The notes: a model not told the origin generated them from the sequence alone. 64,000 bases of DNA from Gracilinanus agilis (GCF_016433145.1 NC_058130.1:759157009-759221008), one strand, 5' to 3'; shown: positions 34,963-48,918, counted from the stretch's first letter. A program made the numbers and translations.

Positions 34963-35166
34963 TTTTTTTTTTTTTTTTAAACTCTTAGCTTCTGTCTTAG
35001 AATCAATACTGTGTATTGGTTCTAAGGCAGAAGAGTGATAAGGACTAGGCAATGGGGGCTAAGTGACTTGCCCAGGGTCATGGCCAGTAAGTGTCTGAGG
35101 CCAGATTTGAACTTGAGTCTTCCTGACTCGGGCTCAGCACTCTATCCCGTGTGCCAGCTAGCTGCA
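34963..35166 (-). mobile_element. SINE1_Mdo-type SINE, inserted next to a MAR1 tail fragment
   Basis: T-run followed by tctgtcttagaatcaatactgtgtattgg...gccagctagctgc. Confidence 0.9.
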
Positions 35167-38046
35167 CATTCTCTAGGCCATTCTCCTATAAAATGAAGGG
35201 GGTTGGAAGAGACAGATGCTGAATTCATTTGTTTAGTGTCTATTATATGTCAGGTCTCTTCAGAGAATAAATTTTTTTTTCATTCTTTGTACTTGTATCT
35301 GTGGAGGCATTTGCAAAATCCCTGTGGATTGAATGACTGACTGATGAGGCACTGTGCTAGGTGCTGGGATTGCAAAGACAAATGCAAGGCAGCCCCTGCC
35401 CTCAAGAAGCTCCCATTCTACCAGGGGAAACAATGTGGAGACAAACGAGAAAATACAAAATATATACCGAGTAGTTTGGAGTGGGAAGAGAGAGAGCCTT
35501 AACGGCTAGGGGGATCACAGATGGCCCATGAGCCTTAAAGGGATCCTACGGGGGCTCTTACAGGTGGTAAGGAAGAGGGGGCTGACTCTGTCACCCAATG
35601 GCCTAGAGCTTGAACCCCAGAAACTCTGTTTTCTCCCTTCCCCTTTTAGTTGCTTGTGGATCTTTTTTCCTAGCCAATGTGCTCCTCTCCCCTCTGTTAT
35701 TCTTTCCCAAATTGCTAGAAGACCAGTGGAGCTGGTTTTCACACTGAGGAAAGGCCATGGTCTACAATAACTCACTCTCATTAGGTCCTAAGAATGGAAT
35801 AATGATCAAAGTGGGATGTGCAATCTGGCGGGGCAAAGGTCTTGGCTTTTGTGACTATCACTAAGGTCTCTGGGCCTCAGTTTCTTCAACTGTCCCATGG
35901 AGGAATGGGTGGTGGGGTTGGATTAAAACCCCTCTGAGGTTCCTAGCAGCTCCATACCTCGGGCTCCTAGGAACCCTTCTGCCTGTAGACTCTGAGTCTC
36001 AGGATGAGGCTAGAGGGCAGTCTTGGTAGAAGGTGGTGCCATGTTTATGATGACCCAGACATTTTGGATTTCTTTGGCTTAGTGCCTGCCTCCAGTAAGT
36101 ATCTCTTTCTTTTATATGGGATCATCAGCATTACAACTGACATTGAAAAAGTACCTTAAGGTTTGCAGAGCCCTTTAAAACTTGTTTGGGAATTTCCAGT
36201 ATGGAAACACCCCTCCATTGGGGCAGGCCAGGCACTTTGCTTCTGCTTAAGAATCTTAGGGAGTTGACTGGGAACATGGAGAGTTTAAACAACTGGAATG
36301 AGGTCACACAGCTGATATGTGTTAGAAGAAGGACTTCAGGATTGGCCCTCTACCCACTGTGCTGCACAGCCTCAGCATACATGAACTAACCTATTCCTTA
36401 ACCACAAGTGTAAGGAATATAGAGACTTGGGGCCAGCTCAGCCATAAAAGGTGGGTGTTGCCATTTGGGGAGAAAATAAGGTCCCATATTCCAGTAAATT
36501 TTGCTGTGTGACCCTGGCCAGTTCATTCCTCCTATCTGGATCTCAGTGTCTATGCCTATACACTGGGCACTTGGATTAGATGATCCTGAAGATGCTACCC
36601 CCAGCCCTAACATTGTCTGACAAAGTGTTGGCCTTCTGTCCCCCTACTCCATTCCTCAGTTTGATTGTGGGCCCTCCTCTAGCCTAGGGCGGCCTCTTGC
36701 CTAGGATTCTGGGGTCTGACAGGCAGTGAGCTCAAAGAAGCCAATGCCTGCCTCCCTGGCCTGTTCACCATCTTGCTTCTGACTTTTGCTTGCGCTTGGA
36801 TTCCAGCCTTCTTCATTGTCCTAATCTGATGAGCTCCAGGGATCAGCCCTTTCTCGTGCTGGCTCTGGAATCTGACTTTGCCCTTTGGTTTCGGGGGAAC
36901 GGGATCTGGTAAAAAAGTCAGGCTAGCCTGAGGCTGGAGAGTGACTGTCCCTCTGAGACCATTTCTCAAGTGGAGAGAAGGCACAGGAGCCCTGCCAGCC
37001 TAGCTCTGGGTCTGACCTTTTACAGCTTTCCTCTGGGACCCGACTCCCTTGCCTAGAAACAAATGCCATTTGAGGCCTTTGGCAAGATATAAGCCCAGGA
37101 GCTGGGCATCTTGCTTCAAAAGGCCTCCATTGATCATAGGATTTTAGACAGGGCTGGAAGGGGCCTCATGAGACCACTGCGTCCACATCCCCCTGCCCTC
37201 ATTTTACCAATGCCTTTCATATAACAAGAACCTTCAGGTAGGATGTCCCAGAAAAAGAAAATCTGCATGCAAAAGCCCAAGAGATCCACTGGCACTTTTT
37301 CTTCTTCTGTTTACTCCCCAAAAATAGAGAAGGCTGGGCACAGGTGGCCAAACCCAGGGACTCCACTCTTGGCTTTGCCACTGGGTGACATTGGCCAAGT
37401 CACTATACTTCTTTGATCTTTATCTGGAAAAGGAGGAAGTCAGTCTAGATTCTTTCCAAGACCTTCTTTAGCTCTGACATTATAGAATTCAAAGATGACT
37501 AAGCAGGAGGGTGAGAAGGTAAGGCTGTTGTTTCCTCCTAAACCCATTCTTCCTCCTAATTTCCATCTCTCTGGATCTTCTCTCTGACTGTCCACTCTCC
37601 TCCTCCCCTCGTATGTCTATTCGACCTTCCAGCACTCCATCGGTAAAGAGCATGAAGCTCAGATTCGGAATTTCTGAGGTTTAGTATTGTTTCATATTAA
37701 CAAATTATATGTCCTTGTGGAAGTCATTTCAACATTCTAGGCCTTAGTTTCTTCATCTGGAAAGTCAAGAGGTAGCACTAGATGATTTCTTAGGGACTAT
37801 TCAGCTCGAAGTACTTAAAATTTCCATTGTATTTGATCAATAGCAAATTATCATCGCAGTTTAAGTTCTAGAACAACTTACACCTAGATAAAATGAAAAA
37901 AAGATACCCAATTCTTCACTTCTATGAACTATATGTGTCATTGTTATTATTACTATTATTAACATTTACTTGATTTGATTAACACAAGGGCAATGGGATG
38001 CCAGTCCATAGCAAGACCCCTCTATCTACCTGGATTCCCGTGCCAC

Positions 38047-38228
38047 TTTTTTTTTTTAAACCCTTATCTTCCACCTTAGAATCAATGCTATAGATTGGTT
38101 CTAAGGCAGAAGAGCAGTAAGAGCTAGGCAGTGGGAGTTAAATAGCCAGGAACTGTCTGAGGAACTGTTTTGAACCTAGGATCTCCCATCTCTAGACTTG
38201 GTTCTTAATTCACTGAGTCACAGCTGCC
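38047..38228 (-). mobile_element. SINE1_Mdo-type SINE with internal deletion
   Basis: T11 aaacccttatcttccaccttagaatcaatg...cactgagtcacagctgcc. Confidence 0.85.
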
Positions 38229-38269
38229 TTCTTGTTCCATAATTTAAACCTGGGTCACCTCTCTGACAG

Positions 38270-38590
38270 CTTATCTGCTCCCAAGTCCTTAGGATGACAT
38301 CTCTGAAACATCCCGCCCATCTGGTTCCTCCTATCTAACCCCAATTCTATTGCCCTCATCCAGCATCTCATTTCCATCTTCCCAGAACACTGTAGTAGAG
38401 CTCTTCTACAGGCTGTCCAGTCTCACTTTCTTCCCTTCCATCCATCTTTCTGAGTTGTCAAAATAATCTTTCTTATGCATAGAAGGTCATGTCACTCCAT
38501 GTCAAAAAATCTTCAATGGTTCCTTGTTGAGAAAAGGAGGAGCACTTCTGCCTGGCATTCAAGGCACACCACAATCTGGCTCTACTGTAC
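38270..38590 (+). mobile_element. L2 fragment
   Basis: tccatccatctttc...aaaataatctttctta...tggcattcaaggc. Confidence 0.65.
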
Positions 38591-38599
38591 CCTAGAAGT

Positions 38600-38850
38600 A
38601 GCTAATTGAAAAAAGTATGGAGTGCTGGGCCTGGAATCAGGAAGACTGGAGTTCAAATCTAACCTTAGACATAAGTATCTATTTACTATCTCAGTGACCC
38701 TGGGCAAGTCATCCAATCTGTTTGCTTCAGTTCCCTAGTCTGCAAAGTGCGGACAATCATAGCACTTATCTCCCAGGAGTGTTGTGGGGATCAAATGAGA
38801 TCACTGTAAACCGCTTAACACAGTATCTGTTAGCTACTATTAATATTATT
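38600..38850 (+). mobile_element. MIR SINE
   Basis: ggagttcaaatc...tgaccctgggcaagtca...gggatcaaatgaga. Confidence 0.8.
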
Positions 38851-41457
38851 GTTACTTAACTACCTAAGTTTCCTCATCTGTAAAATGGGGATATTATCTA
38901 CCTCCCAGGATTATGGGGGCATCAAATGTAGCCATGAAGCGCTTACTAATTATTTAATTAAGTACATAGTAGGTGCTTATTACTTATTTCCTTCCTTCTT
39001 TATCTCACATTATTCACCTTCATTTTCTACTTTTCTATCGCCTTCCCTAAAAAAATCTTATGTTTTCCCGTGCCTTTCTTTTTTCTTCCCCTTCCTGTCT
39101 TTATTGGAGAATAAAAATGTCACCCCCCCCCCCCCCAAGAAGTCTTCCCTGACCACTGCCTCCAACAAGCTAATGATGGCTTTCATCTTTGGACTTTACT
39201 TAGTAATCTGGTTTTCCATATCTAATGGCTTCATCGTGTAACATGGCATATTGTAGCTCTGTGCTTTTCGCTGTTTTGCCTTAAGACTATAAGCTCCATG
39301 AGGGGCAGGGCATCCCTTATCCCGAGGGTGCCTCTCTTCCAGTGTCTAGTACAGTGTACACAGGAGGTGCTAAATAAATGCTGGGTTGGATGGGAGAGAG
39401 ATCTAGTTGCTTAACAAGTCTCTGGGGCTCAGTTTCCACAACATGAGGGGGTCAGACTAGATCACATTTAAGGCCCCTTCCAGCTCTTAGTTAATAATCC
39501 TAAGAAAGCTGATGAGTCTTCCAGAGCACTGGGGATCTCCTTGGGGAGGGGTGGCAGGTAGGGAGTCCCCAATTTCCTGCTGACTCACTGCCCCTCCCCC
39601 AAAGGGCTTCGTAGCATCCCCGTCCTTGAGGCTGCCCTTGCTGGAGTCAGCTGAGAATCCCTGGGATGCGGGACAATGGCCAAACACCAAGCAGCCATCC
39701 CAGCCAGGGAACATGAGGACTCTGTTCTTCTCTGAACGACTCCCAGCAAACCACGTCTGAGACTAATCTCCCAACAAGCTGCATTCTGGCTATGGCTGAA
39801 TGCTGGGGAGCCAATAAGGCTGGGCTGGTCAAGGCAGAGGCGAAGCTAAACTAGTCTGGATGAGTGTCCTGGAAGGTACCTAATTGGTCCTCATTTACTA
39901 AGTGCCTTCTAAGTGCCTGCCACTAGGGAGACCAGAAAAAAAAAAAAAAGAAAAAGAAGCAGAAGCAGAAGTCTCTGTCCCCAAGAAGCTTACATTCTGC
40001 TAGCATTGCTGCTGACACTATCTAGGAAAAAGCAGATCCTGCTGCTCCCTCTCAAGTATCAACTTGGCACCGAAGTACCCAGGATACCAAGCACTTATTG
40101 CATGGATAGGTTTTGGTTGAACCTTAGTCCCTTCATTTGACCAGTGTGGAAACAGACCAGGAAAGAGGATGAGATTTGCCAAATGCCAAAGAGCTACTTG
40201 TGGTGCCAGGATTTGAACCCAGATCCTCTGATTCCAACTCTAGGGTCTACTTATTGCTTTGGCCAAGCAGCTAAACCGTGGTACCAACACTAATGGTCTT
40301 TTGAAATATTGCTAGGGAGTTAAACATCACTAATCATCAATTGATTAACCATCATCAGTCAATGCTGAGCATTCTCTAGGGATTAGAAAGGCACAGTGCT
40401 AGGCCCAGAGTGGGAAGCCTAAGGGGCCGTCTCTTGCCTCCAGTTGGGGAGATACAAGTAACGCACAAGAAAACAGCCTGGAAATCAAGATCTGTGATTT
40501 TCTTGGTGATGTTCTCTACCAGCAGGACCCATAAGCCATCTGTAAGTCAGGAGCTAAGTCTTCAAGAACTGCCAGAGGATCAGAGAGACTTAGTGAAGTC
40601 AGAGGTGGGACTTGAACTCAAGTCTCTGAGACTCTAAGAACTACACCAGAATACCAGGCAGTAAATAGTACTGCCCAAAGGGATGATGATAATAATAAGG
40701 AGTCCTGAAGGCCTGAAGAGAGACTGCTTCTCACTAACGACTCTTTGGTTTCCTAAGAATGTCTCTTTTGGTTGGTCACTAGGGAACAAGGAGGTGCCAA
40801 CCTAAATCTCTCCTCTTCGAATATGGTCTCTTCTCCTCTGGCTCTGGAGATGGGGCAGCTAACATCCAGGCTGGAAATGGGCAGAGAGCATGTCAGTTAT
40901 TCAAGAATGGGGATTCTGCCCACGTCTGCCCTGTTTTGGGCTTTAAGCTTTTAAGCAAAAGCGTAGACTCTGATGACAGGTCACAGTCCATAAAGGACTT
41001 GGCTGAACCCAAGTCACGGCTGTGAAATGCAAGACCACACATTTGAATCCATTTCATTTACTCGGGTACACAAATGGTGTTAATTAAAAAGTATGAACAG
41101 AACCCGAATTCAGGATTTGTTTTCCTTCTTCCTGTCAATTATTTACGAGGGAGAATGGCTAGTTTCTTATTTTAGGCTTTCAGGTCACAGTGATTGATAT
41201 TTTCCCCAATGATTGATAATTGATGGGCAAGTTTCCTGAGGTCAGACTGGTCAGGGCTGCTTCCCCATAATGCCTTACCCAAGGTCTGCTCTCAAGCAAT
41301 GTTTTTCCTGCCCCTCACCCTCTGATTTTTAGGGGAAAAACTACCAACTCCTCACATTCTCATGAGTATATAAGGCACTATCCTGCCCTTGAGGAGTTTA
41401 CACTCTATCTCCTGGCATAAAAAAAAAATCATTAATTGAACAGCCAAGTCTTTGAAT

Positions 41458-41650
41458 TGTTCTTCTGTTGTTCAGCTGTTTTCCAGTCATGAAAAACATC
41501 TCATTCTTTGTGACCCCATTCTATGGTTTCCCTGGCAAAGATCCCAGAATAGTTTGTCATTTCCTTTTCCAGCTCATATTACAGATGAGGAAACTGAGGT
41601 AAACTGGGTCAAGTGACTTACCCAGGGTCACACAGCTAGGAAGTATCTGA
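41458..41650 (-). mobile_element. MAR1 SINE (5' truncated)
   Basis: ttgttcagctg...ctggcaaagatcccag...cagatgaggaaactgagg. Confidence 0.85.
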
Positions 41651-43414
41651 AATCAATCCTTTTACAGAATTACAAACATTAATTACAAACATTCTAACAA
41701 TGCTATTGGCAGGTCTGTCCCTACCTTGTGACCCCGGTAGAAAGCTCCCTGAGGGTAGGGACTATTGTCCATCTAGCATGGTGCCTGGCACTTAGCAGGA
41801 GCTTAATAAACGTGGGCTGAATTGGACCAGCCAAAATATAGCCATCTAAAATCTCACCATCTCATCAGAGGCTGGCTAGGACACTGGGGCACAACGTCCA
41901 GCCCAAGTCCCCCACTATCGCATTGCAGAAAAGTGAGAAATTAGAAAGTAGAAATTAACCATCGAGACCCTGCAATTAAAGCTGCAGTTGTTTACCACAG
42001 TCAGAATAGCTCTTCCTGCCAATGCAAACAGCCATCCCGTCTCCCTACTGCCGACTCCCCCCCGAGTGTTTATTTAAGCCAACACATTGCTCTACTAATT
42101 GGATAACATTCCATGTGAAAATAGGCCTTTAAAACAACAGCAGCCGAGGCAAATAAAAACAGCTGTAACTGCGAAAGTACAAAAGAATGGAAGACTCCGG
42201 AAAAAAATTAAAGGCACACGCGAAAGAGAATTAATATTCCTTTTCCCATGGCTCTGAGGCTAGGTGCTTTCCTCCCTCACTGCCCAGACCTCTCTGGATG
42301 AAGAAGCAAGGCCAGCTTCTAAATGGGGCGGCTTGGACAACAGCCTGACCTACCTGGTTCCTGAGCCCGGCTCTCACCTGGGGAGGAAGCCTGGCTGGGG
42401 GACAGGGCTGCCTCTGCCCTGTACTCCAGGGGCAGCCCAATAAAACATGGGGATGACAGCAATCATCGGATGCTTCAGCTGGGGCTCCTGGGGGCAAGAA
42501 AGACTTTGTCCCCTGCCCCCCCCGCCCCCAATCACCATCCCCTTGTGCATGCTGGGAAAGGCAGATTACATTGAGTGCTGACATTTCCTGAGCCAGCCAC
42601 TGAGCCTCCCTCTGAAGTTTTTCTAGCCTAAACTTGTCTGTAGAGTGGAGGGGCTCTATGTCCTAATGGCAGTTTAAAATCCAGGGGCCTAGGGCTCATT
42701 CTTCCCTTCACTGGAGTTCACCTTCAATGCCTCCCTTCATGATGGCAGGTGACCCTGGGTTCTTAAGGGCTCCACTAGCCGAACATGAAGTATGGAGTGG
42801 GGCTCGTTCAGCTAGAAGGGCTTTGAGGAGGGCCCAGTGTATGCCTGTCAGATGGACTGGCCCAATTATTTCCAATAGGCCAGTGTGTGTGTCTGGGGGT
42901 GGAGGTGGGGATGGTAGGTGGAATGACTCTGTGAAAGCCTGGAAGACCTACAACCTGTATCGAGGGAGACCAGAGGCAAAAAATACAGGCCTTCTGAAGT
43001 TGAGCTTTGTTCCCAAAGGATTTGGGAGAACTGGAAAGCACCTCAGAGGCCAACTAGTCCAATCCTTTCATTTTAATGGTGAAGAAACTGAGGCCCAAGG
43101 AGATTAAGGGATTTGCTCAAGGCCACAGTGAGTGAGCAGCAAGGCCAGGATTAGAACTCTGCACTCCAAATTCAGCCCTCTTACCTGCCCTGAATAGGAA
43201 GACAAAGGCTGTAATGTTTTATATTTTGAAAGGGTGCAGAGAAATTTGGAAGCAAACCTAGGGCATTAGAGCACTTGAGAGCATTATTATTTTGGTAGAA
43301 TGGAGAGAGCTGTTGTATGCATTTGGAGCTGAAGGATCTGGACTGAAATCCTGGCTGCTCCACTTACTATTATAATCTGTGTGACCTTGGGAAAAGTACA
43401 TCAACTCTGTCCTG

Positions 43415-43586
43415 NNNNNNNNNNNNNNNNNNNNNNNNNNNNNNNNNNNNNNNNNNNNNNNNNNNNNNNNNNNNNNNNNNNNNNNNNNNNNNNNNNNNNN
43501 NNNNNNNNNNNNNNNNNNNNNNNNNNNNNNNNNNNNNNNNNNNNNNNNNNNNNNNNNNNNNNNNNNNNNNNNNNNNNNNNNNNNNN
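43415..43586. other. Assembly gap (172 N)
   Basis: Run of N. Confidence 1.
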
Positions 43587-46282
43587 CCCCACCTGCCCTC
43601 TGGACTAGGTACTGGGGATAAAATATTTATAAAGATAAATAAATACAAGACAATCTGAGGAGGGAGAGTGGGTTGTTTTGAGCCTTTGAGCACTGTAGCT
43701 CTTTGAGCAGTTGCCTGGTTACTCTGCTTCCTCCCACCATAGCCAAGACTGATCAGGTTGGTGACAGAATCTGCCTCTGGTGGGGAGGGGTGGGTAGGAG
43801 GCTTGTAAGGGGAAGATTTCCAAAGGTTTCCAAATTTCACAGAAAATAAAAGGAAGAAAAGTGTCACCAATTATCTGGGTGTTCCTGAGCAAGTCTCTTT
43901 ATGGCTCTAAGCCTTAGTTTATCTGCAAAGTGAAGGGGCTGGGTGAGATGGCTTCTGAGATCATGTCTAGCTTTAAGATTACCTATGGAATCAAAGATTT
44001 AGAGGTAGAGGGCACCTTAAATGGCTTAAATGAGGAAACTGAGGTAAACAGGGTTAATAGAATTGCCCAGGGTTATACAACTAGGAAGTATCTGAGGCCA
44101 GATTTGAACTCAGGAAGATGGTTGCTCTGAGTCTTCCTAGTTCCTGGCCCACTGATCTCTCCACTGCACCAAATACAGATGTATAGGACCAGTTTTCCCA
44201 CACCCCCTCAATGATGTCACTTGGCCATCAGAGTGCTACCTAATGACAATTGTCACTCTAATCATCTGATGTTGGGGCTGCCTCTCCAGCTTTCCATCAT
44301 GAAGGGAGGAATAGGCAATGGGACAGTGGGAGTACTGATCCAGGACTCAGGGTCTCCATGCTCTGAGTGACTCATCTCTTCTCTAGGCTTCATCTGCCCT
44401 GACTGTCAAATAAGGCAGGTTGGTCCAGAATATCCCCAAGTTTCTTTTCAGATTTCATTATCTAGGTCATCATAGTCTAGAGCTAGACAAGGGAACTGGG
44501 TTTGAATTCTGGCCTGGTGACTTCCTTAAAGTGATGTGTCTGGGCTCCCAAACTCTTCTACCTACTCCTCCCCCCCTCCCCCCATGGGCCTCATTCCTTT
44601 TCTCTTTCCTCTTCTTTTGCCTCACTGTTGACAGTACTCTCTCACCCACTACCTAGCTCTGCTAGGGGACTCTCAGAGCCACTGCATTTGCCAATCCCTG
44701 AAGTTGTGCCTGCACATAGTAGGCTTACTCAATAAATGCCTATTGGTGAAGGAGACAGTGAACAAGAGGCTCCCTTGTAAGAACAGGACTTTGGAGGAGA
44801 ATCTCGGGAAGGGATACAAACTGGATACAAAAGAGAATTTCCCATGGTCCTGTTCAGGCCAAGGCATTGACCCCAAATATCATCCATGAAAGGAGACTAG
44901 AATAGAGAATCACTTTCCAGAACGGCCTAGGGAAACTGCCTAGGGGAATTGATGATCTTTGGAGTTCTCTGATGGAGAGGGGATGTCTCTGGAATTCCCT
45001 CTGCTGATAGAAAAATAGCTTTGTTGCTTCTGAGCCCAATGTCTCAGCAGTCTAATGCTCCCTCTTCAAATTCACTCCCGCCCTAGAGCTAACTAGATAT
45101 TTACAATATTCAGAGTTCTATTCACCAATATGCAGTGTGCGCTTTTCTATGGGTCATCGGAGAGCACTAAATGTTCCACTCAGAAGACAATCAGGTTCTT
45201 CAGACAGACTCAGAGAAGGAGAGAGGAAAAAGCAACAGAGGCTTCCACAGGAGGAAAAAGAGCAAAGGATTCTTGCTAGGAGTGAGGCACTCACTCTACG
45301 GAAGACCAGCTTGTTCAGGCGTGTTGTATAAAGGGACCCAATCCCAATGCGATAAGATCTGGCCCTAGAGTGGAGAGATGCTGATGTGATGATGGGTAAG
45401 GAGGTACGGTGTCTATCGAATGTGACCCTCTCCCCCTGGGGCCACACACACTATTGCAATCCTCTCTAGAACTGCTTTTGTTCCCGGTGGTAGCCAGAAA
45501 CACAGGTGGGGAGGAGTAGATGGGGCCAGGCAGGTGGCAACCCCCATAAAACCATGACAGAGTAAATCTTGGTGATGGCAAAACACTGGGCTCCAGAAAT
45601 AATGCTCTTGGGTTCACCTCTGAATGAGAATAAAGGACCTGAACACTATGGAAATTCCCCAAGATCCCTTAATGAAAGCTGGGAAAGGCTCCCCTGACTT
45701 CTTCAGATTGAGACCCCACCTCCCTGGCAAAGATCAGAAGTGACATTTCAATTCAGATGCTAACTTAAGCTTTGGAAAAATGGGAAGCCAGAGACAGTAG
45801 CCTGCACAGTCAATGAGTCTTTCCCCCCCTTAAAAACGGAACAAGGCTTCTTTGAGGCTGGTTTCACCTGGCTTTTCCACTTGAAAAATGAGCAATGGGC
45901 CCAAAGACCTATCTACTCAGTAGCAAATATCACTGTTTAAAGGGATGAATCTTCTCTGACCCTTCTCCCTAGCAATGGGAGGCGCTTGACGATTCAGGAA
46001 TAGAGTCCAGTATTCTAACCCTCCTCTGCTCCAAGCACACATGGGATACTCTAGTCAGTTCTGGACAGCTCATTTTTAGGAGGGACTTCTCTCCCCTGCA
46101 CTATTGCAACAGAATCCTAATTGTTCCCCCCAAGCTTCCAGTCTCTTCCTTCTCCAATTCATCTTTCTCGCAGCTAAAGAAATCACTTTCCCAAGGCTGG
46201 GATCTGATCATATCCTCCGGCTCAAGAATCTTCAGTAGTTCCCTGGTGCCTCGAGAATAAAATACCAAATCCTTGTCTTGTT

Positions 46283-46452
46283 GTCATTCAGTTTTGTCTG
46301 ACCGGTTTTCTTCTCCAGCTCATTTTATAGAGGAGGAAACAGAGGCAAATGAGATTAAGTGACTTGCCTAGGGTCACACAGTTAGAAAGTATCTGAGGCT
46401 GGGTTTGAACCGAGAGCCAGGCCTCTATCCACTGTGTCACTTAGCTGCCTCT
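46283..46452 (-). mobile_element. MAR1 SINE with internal deletion, nested in L2
   Basis: gttgtcattcagttttgtctgacc...gaggaaacagaggcaaa...cttagctgcc. Confidence 0.75.
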
Positions 46453-47079
46453 ACCAACAACTTAGGTTGGCCATTTGGAGCCCTCGGTGATCAGGCATAT
46501 GCTTCCAGCCTTCTTTCACCTTACTCTCCATCTACAAACTCTACATTTTGGCCAAAATGACACTACCTCCACCCTCGGTATTTCATTTCCCTTTCGAAAG
46601 ATGTTGCAGGTGACACTGACAGGCCTTGGCAACAGCTTGAAAATTGGGGCGGGGGGTGGGATGGGGTGTGAAAGAGAGTGAGGAGTCCAGGATGACTCCT
46701 AGGTTTGAGCCTGGGAGACAAGGAGGATGATGACAGTAATAGGGAAGGTAGGATGGGGAGAGGGTTTAGCAGAAAAGACAATGAGTTCTGTTTTCAGATA
46801 TCTGTTGATTATCTCCCACCTCCTAGAACCATGAATTTCTTTGAAGACTTGACTCTCATGCTACCTCCTCCAGGCCTTTCTGATTCTCAATTTATTCTGT
46901 TCTCCCTCCTCAGTGTCTTCTAGTTACTTCTTTGTATATGTGATAAACCACTTGAGTAGGATGGGAGACCCCTGAGGGGACAGAATGTTTCTGTTCCGTC
47001 AGGGTATCCCTAATACTTGTCCCAGTGCCTCATAATACACAGCAGTTGCTTATTAAGTGTTTGTTGCATTGCAAAAATG

Positions 47080-47350
47080 TCTAGAAGCATCCAGAGGGAG
47101 AGACTGAGGACAGTCAAAGGCCAAAGCATATGAGGATCGATTGCGCAAACTCAGGAGGAGTGGGAACATTCAGCCTAGAGAAGGCTCACTGAGGACTTTA
47201 AAACTATAGTTGAGGGGCTACTGTGTTGAGAAGGAGGCCTCCCCTTCTTCACACAAAGGCTGTTAAGTCCACTTTTAGGTAGAAAGGATTCTTGTTTAGG
47301 GATGAAGGCTTCTTGATGGGCCCCCAGGTCTCTTCCGACTCTGCATTATG
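47080..47350 (+). mobile_element. L3/CR1 fragment
   Basis: gcatccagaggg...catatgaggatcgattg...cattcagcctagagaag. Confidence 0.65.
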
Positions 47351-48599
47351 GGATCAATCTACACTGATGGTAGGTCTATCTAATGTGGGCAAGATAATGG
47401 GGAAATAAGGATGGGAAGTGCTTTCTGATATTCTTGTTGAATGGACAAGTGGCTCTGAGAGGACCTCTCTAGAGTAGGGCAAATGAAACCAAAAAGGGTT
47501 CCTGTCTCGGTCTTGTTGGCCCATGCAGTGGTCATTCTGCAAGCACTCTCTCCCTGATGCTTGTTGCCTTCAGTGGGGACAAGGGAAGATTTCACAACAA
47601 GATAGAACTGGAGCAGATGTCTGGATGAACATTGGGAAAATGTCAACAAAGCAAACACTTGAGCTCTAGTTCCTGAGACACAAGCAAGGATGACAAAGGA
47701 TACCGGGAAGGCTCACTGAGGGTTCCACACTGACATCCCTACAAGGTCTCATGGCCAGCCTACAAAGGCAGCAGATGGGTCCCTGAGCTGCCTCCTCCTG
47801 TTTCCCACAGCTGGGCCAGCGGGGAGGGGCTGGCTCTTGGAAGTCCCTTTTGCTGGAGGGCTGCTGATTCACCTCTCCAAGAGAAAAGAGAACGCCTTTC
47901 TTAGAATCTCAGAATGTCAGGGCTGGCAGGGACCTTGAAGAGCAGACTGAGAACTAGAAGGGACCTTGGTGCACAGAATGGCATAGCCAGAAGAGACCTT
48001 GGAACAGAAATGTCACTGCTAAGAGGGACCCTTGTGGTACGCCATGTCAGACCTTGGAGGGGACTTGGACATCCTCTACTCCAAACCTCTCCTTATTTTA
48101 CATGAGAGGAAAGTGATTCTCAGAGAGCTGGTACAACTTGCCCCAGGTCATACAGCTAGTGGGTGACAGATTTGGACTAGAATCTGGGCCTCCCGACGTA
48201 ATCCTCCCCTCCTCTTGGAACCCTGAGTCAAAGCACAGTGTGCTGCAGTGGTCAGTAAATGTTCAGCTCATTCCCCGACCAACGGAAATAGATGCAGCAG
48301 CTAAGCCAGCTGTTCACCCCCAAAGGCCTCTGTGGAGCCAGATGTTCATTTGCAAGGAAGAAGCTGCGGCTGATGAAGCCAAACAGGAATTCAGGCAGAT
48401 TGGCTCGCTCTAAGGGGAAAAAGGGGGCAGCGCTGACTCTCCGGAGGCTCCTCAAAAGCACATGTGCATGGATACTTGCAGTGGGTATGTATGTACACAT
48501 GTGTACACACACACTCACTCAGTGCCAGTATGACGTGTGACATGCACTGCTATCGTGGAATTCACGGAGGAGAGCTAGAGAAAGGATGGAAAGCCAGAA

Positions 48600-48740
48600 A
48601 GGGCCTATCTAAAAGGGCTGGCTTCATTCCTTCCCAACTTGAGTTTGGCCTGGTCCCGCTTGAAGCAGGAGCAGTGAGACAGATGCTGTCAAGAAGCAGA
48701 TTTAGGATTGATGTTGGGAGAAACACCCTAACAAGGAGGA
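48600..48740 (+). mobile_element. L3/CR1 fragment
   Basis: gcagatttaggattgatgttgggagaaacaccctaaca. Confidence 0.55.
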
Positions 48741-48918
48741 TTGGGGGTCACGAGTCAGAGGGCCTAGAAGACCTAAAAAATCTCAGGGAGCAGAGACAAA
48801 ATCAGATATGCCAACGTGACTATCCTGGGAAATGTGGCCAAACAGATTGACTTAGGTGAACTTGGAAAAGGCACTCATGCTAGGCTAGCTCTGTGTCAGC
48901 GCGGCGCCATTGTCTCAC

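Larger units (their letters stand above)
29641..48918 (-). other. RBM19: RBM19 intron (19,278 nt, GT-AG, phase 0)
   Basis: Donor GTGAGA at 48918 and acceptor TTACAG ending at 29641. Confidence 0.93.

Noticed and set aside
34849-35052. Recurring peptide MPSPYHSSALEPIHSIDSK (also at 52015-52257 and similar ORFs)
   Set aside because: It is a translation of the SINE1 body, so it reflects a repeat rather than a gene family.
45137-45368. Charged, coiled-coil-like plus-strand ORFs
   Set aside because: They come from purine-rich low-complexity sequence, have no donor-acceptor pair and are antisense to RBM19.
46646-46666. G-quadruplex motif
   Set aside because: It is a G-run expansion inside an L2 fragment, and such motifs are common in this GC-rich region.
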